Shown piece by piece: positions 29,015 to 32,000 of a stretch of DNA of 32,000 bases. Both the position numbers and the translations under genes were made by a program. Every line of letters starts with the position of its first letter. The first letter of the stretch is position 1. The DNA comes from Candidatus Saganbacteria bacterium (GTDB taxonomy: Bacteria; Margulisbacteria; WOR-1; JAKLHX01): assembly GCA_026387835.1 (NCBI GenBank), contig JAPLKZ010000007.1, positions 95,284-127,283 on the forward strand. The letters are read 5' to 3'. The notes below the pieces were generated by a model. The model had not been told where the DNA came from and made no database searches. It was given only the letters and a program-made list of their open reading frames with translations.

Positions 29015-29028
29015 AAATCTGATATAAT
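29001..29028 (+). promoter_or_regulatory. Candidate promoter giving a leaderless transcript for the nucleotide-sugar dehydrogenase gene
   Basis: TTGGAA (29001-06), 16 nt, TATAAT (29023-28). The A of ATG 29035 is the 7th nt after the -10 hexamer and there is no SD. The -35 lies inside the end of mutS. Confidence 0.4.
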
Positions 29029-29034
29029 TTCATC

Positions 29035-30327
29035 ATGGAAAAACTACTTGACAAGATAAGATCAAAAAAAGCAAATATAGCGATAATCGGCATGGGCTAT
29101 GTGGGGCTTCCGCTCGGCATCGAGATTGCCAAGATCGGGTTCAATGTCTTAGGGATAGACACGAGCAAGCCGAAGACAGAGAACCTGAACAAGGGCAACA
29201 GCCATGTTGAGGACGTAAAGAGCGAGGATATCAGGACTCTCCTCGGGCAGGGCAGGATATCTTTTTATGATAACCCCCAGGTGATCGAGAAAGCGGATGT
29301 GGTCATAATCTGCGTGCCGACCCCGCTCCGCAAGACCGGGGACCCCGACATCTCTTTCATAACCTCCGCGGTCCAGGAGATAAAGGACCATATCCACGAG
29401 AACATGCTTGTGATACTGGAGAGCACGACATTTCCAGGCACTACCGATGAAGTGGTCCGGCCGCAGATTGAAAGCTTCGGCTACAAGATCGGGGAGAACT
29501 TTTTCCTGGCATTCTCTCCGGAAAGAGTGGACCCCGGGAACCCGGCGTATTACACGAAGAACATCCCTAAAGTGATCGGCGGGGTGGAAATCAAATCCGG
29601 GGAAGCCGCGCAGGCCCTCTACGGCCAGGTCTTTGAAAAGACCATGCTGGTAAAGGACGCTAAGACCGCCGAAATGGTCAAGCTGCTCGAGAACACTTTC
29701 AGGAACGTAAATATCGCGTTCATAAACGAGTTCTGCCAGATCTGCCACCAGATGAAGGTGGATGTGTGGGAGATAATCGAAACAGCAAAGACAAAACCTT
29801 TCGGGTTCATGCCTTTCTATCCCGGGCCCGGCATCGGCGGCCACTGCATCACCACTGACCCGACATATCTTACCTGGAAAGCAAAATTCATAGGAGGGGA
29901 TGTCCAGCTCATAAATCTTTCCACGCAGATAAACAGAGAGATGCCGGCTTATGTGGTAACAAGAGTGGAGCAGCTCATCGGCGATCTGAAAGACAAAAAA
30001 ATACTGCTGCTCGGCATGGCATATAAAAAAGATATTTCGGATATCAGGGAATCACCGGCGATCGACGTGTTCAGGCTGTTCAGGCAGTTAGGTTCAATTG
30101 CGGATTACAGCGATCCGTATGTGCCGGAGCTGCATGACGAGGTGACCAGGGAATCATTCACCTCAAAAGAGCTTTCAAAGGAGATGATATCTTCTTATGA
30201 CTGCGTGGTGCTCACGACCGACCATTCAAATTACGACCTCAAGATGATAGAGGACAGCGCGAAGAAGATATTCGATACAAGAAACGCTTTCAGGGGCGTT
30301 GTGTCGGATAAGATATACAGACTGTGA
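29035..30327 (+). CDS. Nucleotide-sugar 6-dehydrogenase of the UDP-GlcNAc/UDP-ManNAc dehydrogenase subfamily (WbpA/WecC/TviB-like)
   Basis: IAIIGMGYVGLPLG Rossmann motif, catalytic-Cys motif GPGIGGHCITTDP and KLLENTFR. Exact substrate cannot be resolved from the sequence. Confidence 0.85.
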   Translation: MEKLLDKIRSKKANIAIIGMGYVGLPLGIEIAKIGFNVLGIDTSKPKTENLNKGNSHVEDVKSEDIRTLLGQGRISFYDNPQVIEKADVVIICVPTPLRKTGDPDISFITSAVQEIKDHIHENMLVILESTTFPGTTDEVVRPQIESFGYKIGENFFLAFSPERVDPGNPAYYTKNIPKVIGGVEIKSGEAAQALYGQVFEKTMLVKDAKTAEMVKLLENTFRNVNIAFINEFCQICHQMKVDVWEIIETAKTKPFGFMPFYPGPGIGGHCITTDPTYLTWKAKFIGGDVQLINLSTQINREMPAYVVTRVEQLIGDLKDKKILLLGMAYKKDISDIRESPAIDVFRLFRQLGSIADYSDPYVPELHDEVTRESFTSKELSKEMISSYDCVVLTTDHSNYDLKMIEDSAKKIFDTRNAFRGVVSDKIYRL

Positions 30328-30348
30328 TATTTCACCTAAAGATCCGCT

Positions 30349-30951
30349 TCACTTCCTGTTTATGAACCACAAGAGAGTAGGGTAGTAAAGCTCCGTCCTT
30401 AGGCCGCCTTTCACGCCGGAATGGCTTCCGCCGGTCTTCACAGCTTCAACAGCTTCTCCGGTCGTATAGCCTTTTTCTTCTATTAAGTATTTCGCGATCA
30501 CCATCCCGGTCCTGTCAGCGCCCCACTTGCAGTGGATATAGACGGGGCCTTTCATAAGCTCTTTTATCTTTTTCCACTCTGATGGCGTAGGTACCTTCGC
30601 GATGTGCATGGGCACGTGATACCTTTCGATGCCGGCCTTTTCAAGCAAAGAAGAGTATCTTGCCTGGACGGCCCTGGTATTTTCAAGATCTATAAAATGA
30701 CGAATGCCTTTCGACTTGAGATAATTTAATACCGATAAAACAGTCTCATCGCTTGCTTTAAGGTCTATTTCCGGGTCTAAAGGATGGCCTCCCGTGTGGA
30801 TATGGCCGTCGATGACGTGGTAATTGTAAGGCATCGGGCCGCTGCCGCTGACAAGGTTAGAAGGGTATTTCACGCAGACCGATGTCCCCGCAATGGAAGA
30901 CACCGAAAATATTAAGAGTAAAAAACAAACCGCGGCGGATTTTATTTTCAT
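30349..30951 (-). CDS. Secreted Cys-based (CX5R) tyrosine/dual-specificity phosphatase-like protein
   Basis: Signal peptide MKIKSAAVCFLLLIFSVSSIAG. Active-site loop VYIHCKWGADRTG (Cys141 encoded at 30529-31, Arg147). Confidence 0.7.
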   Translation of the reverse strand: MKIKSAAVCFLLLIFSVSSIAGTSVCVKYPSNLVSGSGPMPYNYHVIDGHIHTGGHPLDPEIDLKASDETVLSVLNYLKSKGIRHFIDLENTRAVQARYSSLLEKAGIERYHVPMHIAKVPTPSEWKKIKELMKGPVYIHCKWGADRTGMVIAKYLIEEKGYTTGEAVEAVKTGGSHSGVKGGLRTELYYPTLLWFINRK

Positions 30952-30957
30952 GGATTA

Positions 30958-30966
30958 ATATTAGCA
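30958..30966 (-). promoter_or_regulatory. Extended -10 box (TGCTAATAT on the minus strand) for the phosphatase gene
   Basis: Minus strand reads TG-C-TAATAT (30966-30958), then 6 nt (taatcc), then ATG (30951-30949). No SD, a leaderless-type geometry. Confidence 0.35.
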
Positions 30967-30973
30967 TATTTAA

Positions 30974-31013
30974 CCCTCACCCCTTAACCCCTCTCCCTTG
31001 ACAGGGAGAGGGG
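30974..31013. repeat. Single unit (half copy) of the nested-palindrome intergenic element
   Basis: CCCTCACCCC (30974-83) ttaa CCCCTCTCCC (30988-97) ttgaca GGGAGAGGGG (31004-13). No matching right-hand GGGTGAGGG arm follows. Confidence 0.75.
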
Positions 31014-31023
31014 GGTAAAACAT

Positions 31024-32000
31024 CTAATGTGTTATAATTTTCATAGAAACAGATGCTGTAATGGGCTCATAGCTCAGCTGGCTAGAGCATGCGACTGATA
31101 ATCGCAAGGTCGGTGGTTCAAGTCCACCTGGGCCCATTTTAGTTTCATTGCGAACTCCCGCACATGCGTTTTCTGAAATATTTTTCGGCGAAGGTTTTCT
31201 TCTGCGGCATTTTTTTGGGTGGGGGCAAAAAAATGCCGCAGGAACAGTTTCAGGGGTCTGATTTTCGGCGCAGTTATCAGGATATTTTAATATTACTTCG
31301 ACGTTCTCCTTCGAATAAATTATCTTTTCGATGTGCTGTTTTATAATAATTCGTCTTTCAGTCATATCCCTATTAGCTGTCGATCCGGTTATGGTCTCCA
31401 GTATCTGCCGGACTTTTTCGGAGGTGAACTGCAACGGAAAGGGCCCCGGTTCAAGTCCGCTTGACATGGGTTTAGGCGAATTATTGAGCGTGAAAATCAA
31501 ACTGTCGAGATGTTGATTGTTTTTGGCTATATTATCAAGATAATCTATGACAAGCCTGTCCAGACGATCGACGCTGACCTGTCTGACATCACAAAAAGAC
31601 AGGTCTCTTTTATTGATGCTTGTGCAACGATAATAAAAATATCTGACTCTCCTTGTATATCTCTTTTTATTTGTGAAGACTTCGCTCATAGTAGATCCGC
31701 AGCCTTTACAATGAAGTAATCCCGGAAATAACGCACAGTGAACGACTCTGCCGTATATTCTCTGTTTATGATGTTTCTGCGCTTCTTCAAACATTTCGGG
31801 AGACACGATCGCTTCATGCAGGCCTTGATAGATATTTCCTTTGTGAAGGATCATCCCTTTATAGACGACATTTCTCAGCATGTCACATATTACTGTCTTT
31901 GAAAAAACATTGCCTTTTCTGTTGAACATATTTCCGGATTTCAAAGTATTGTAAACAGAATAAACCGATCCGGTGGAAAGATATGTTTCAAATATCTTCT
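31024..32000 (-). CDS. Large serine recombinase, C-terminal part (recombinase domain plus zinc ribbon). The 5' end lies beyond the window.
   Basis: Motifs ...VICDMLRNVVYKGMILHKG...HEAIVSPEMFEEAQ... and the Zn ribbon CKGCGSTM...YYRC. The frame stays open upstream of the track TTG start to base 32000 (KIFETYLSTGSVYSVYNT...). The last ~38 codons are antisense to the tRNA and are probably read-through rather than native sequence. Confidence 0.75.
   Translation of the reverse strand, partial: KIFETYLSTGSVYSVYNTLKSGNMFNRKGNVFSKTVICDMLRNVVYKGMILHKGNIYQGLHEAIVSPEMFEEAQKHHKQRIYGRVVHCALFPGLLHCKGCGSTMSEVFTNKKRYTRRVRYFYYRCTSINKRDLSFCDVRQVSVDRLDRLVIDYLDNIAKNNQHLDSLIFTLNNSPKPMSSGLEPGPFPLQFTSEKVRQILETITGSTANRDMTERRIIIKQHIEKIIYSKENVEVILKYPDNCAENQTPETVPAAFFCPHPKKCRRRKPSPKNISENACAGVRNETKMGPGGLEPPTLRLSVACSSQLSYEPITASVSMKIITH
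31030..31038 (+). promoter_or_regulatory. Extended -10 box TGTTATAAT upstream of tRNA-Ile
   Basis: TGTTATAAT at 31030-31038. The predicted start, about 31045, would leave an ~18-nt 5' leader before the tRNA at 31063. No good -35 at 17 nt. Confidence 0.4.
31063..31136 (+). tRNA. tRNA-Ile (anticodon GAU)
   Basis: Hand-folded 74-nt cloverleaf. Acceptor GGGCTCA/TGGGCCC (one G-U pair), D stem GCTC/GAGC, anticodon stem TGCGA/TCGCA with loop CTGATAA, variable loop AGGTC, T arm GGTGG-TTCAAGT-CCACC, discriminator A. CCA is not encoded. Confidence 0.93.
31137..32000. mobile_element. Probable edge of an integrated element (prophage/ICE/island) abutting the 3' end of tRNA-Ile
   Basis: The recombinase gene points at the tRNA 3' end, and the region is visibly more AT-rich than the housekeeping block. 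The other end and the cargo are outside the window. Confidence 0.4.
31202..31241. repeat. 40-bp perfect palindrome (16-bp arms, 8-nt centre)
   Basis: CTGCGGCATTTTTTTG (31202-17), ggtggggg (31218-25), CAAAAAAATGCCGCAG (31226-41). The arms are exact reverse complements. Confidence 0.85.

Noticed and set aside
30349-30951. The CX5R phosphatase as the Wzb-like partner of the PCP/BY-kinase protein.
   Set aside because: It has a signal peptide, so it is in the wrong compartment. It lies 11 kb away in a separate unit, and the kinase-like domain lacks both catalytic residues and a tyrosine cluster to be dephosphorylated.
30998-31003. A perfect TTGACA in the loop of the half repeat as the -35 for the tRNA-Ile promoter.
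   Set aside because: It is 29 nt from the TATAAT at 31033-38, far beyond the 16-18-nt window. The TGn extended -10 can explain promoter activity without it.
31202-31241. The 40-bp palindrome as a bidirectional rho-independent terminator for the tRNA and the recombinase gene.
   Set aside because: The U/A tracts are inside the stem rather than trailing it, no T-run follows on either strand, and it lies within the open reading frame.
31446-31460. An 11-nt identity (GGTTCAAGTCC) to the tRNA-Ile T-arm, located inside the recombinase gene about 310 nt downstream. It could be a displaced tRNA fragment or att duplication.
   Set aside because: The flanks do not continue the tRNA sequence: the T-stem is not complementary and there is no acceptor 3' strand. 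An 11-mer match found post hoc is weak evidence. It would only become meaningful if the same segment recurs at the other end of the element.

Overview
This is a bacterial chromosomal window. Most of it (226-19909, almost all plus strand) is a large surface-polysaccharide (O-antigen/EPS-type) biosynthesis locus. The locus encodes: GT2 and GT4 glycosyltransferases; UDP-glucose 6-dehydrogenase plus UDP-glucuronate decarboxylase (UDP-xylose branch); rmd-gmd-fcl (GDP-D-rhamnose and GDP-L-fucose branches); two initiating phosphoglycosyltransferases, one WecA/WbpL-type and one WbaP-type; a CapD/WbpM/PglF-type 4,6-dehydratase; a Wzy/O-antigen-ligase-family membrane protein; and a Wzz/PCP protein whose C-terminal BY-kinase-like domain has degraded catalytic motifs. 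Downstream come a convergent 876-aa secreted BNR-propeller/Ig-repeat protein, a housekeeping block (TrmH-family methyltransferase, pheS, pheT, mutS), one more nucleotide-sugar dehydrogenase, a signal-peptide-bearing CX5R phosphatase and a stand-alone tRNA-Ile(GAU). The window ends in the 3' part of a large serine recombinase gene that runs off the edge and probably marks an integrated element. Three non-genic structures stand out. There are three copies of a nested-palindrome intergenic repeat (CCCTCACCC/CCCTCTCCC...GGGAGAGGG/GGGTGAGGG). There is a 40-bp perfect palindrome next to the tRNA. A (TGn)TAnAAT box recurs 6-12 nt upstream of SD-less start codons of operon-first genes, which is a leaderless-type architecture. 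I saw no CRISPR array, rRNA or recognisable defence system. I do not see compelling evidence for a wholly novel system inside the window. The best leads are the element beyond the tRNA, the repeat family, the pseudokinase PCP and the BNR surface protein.
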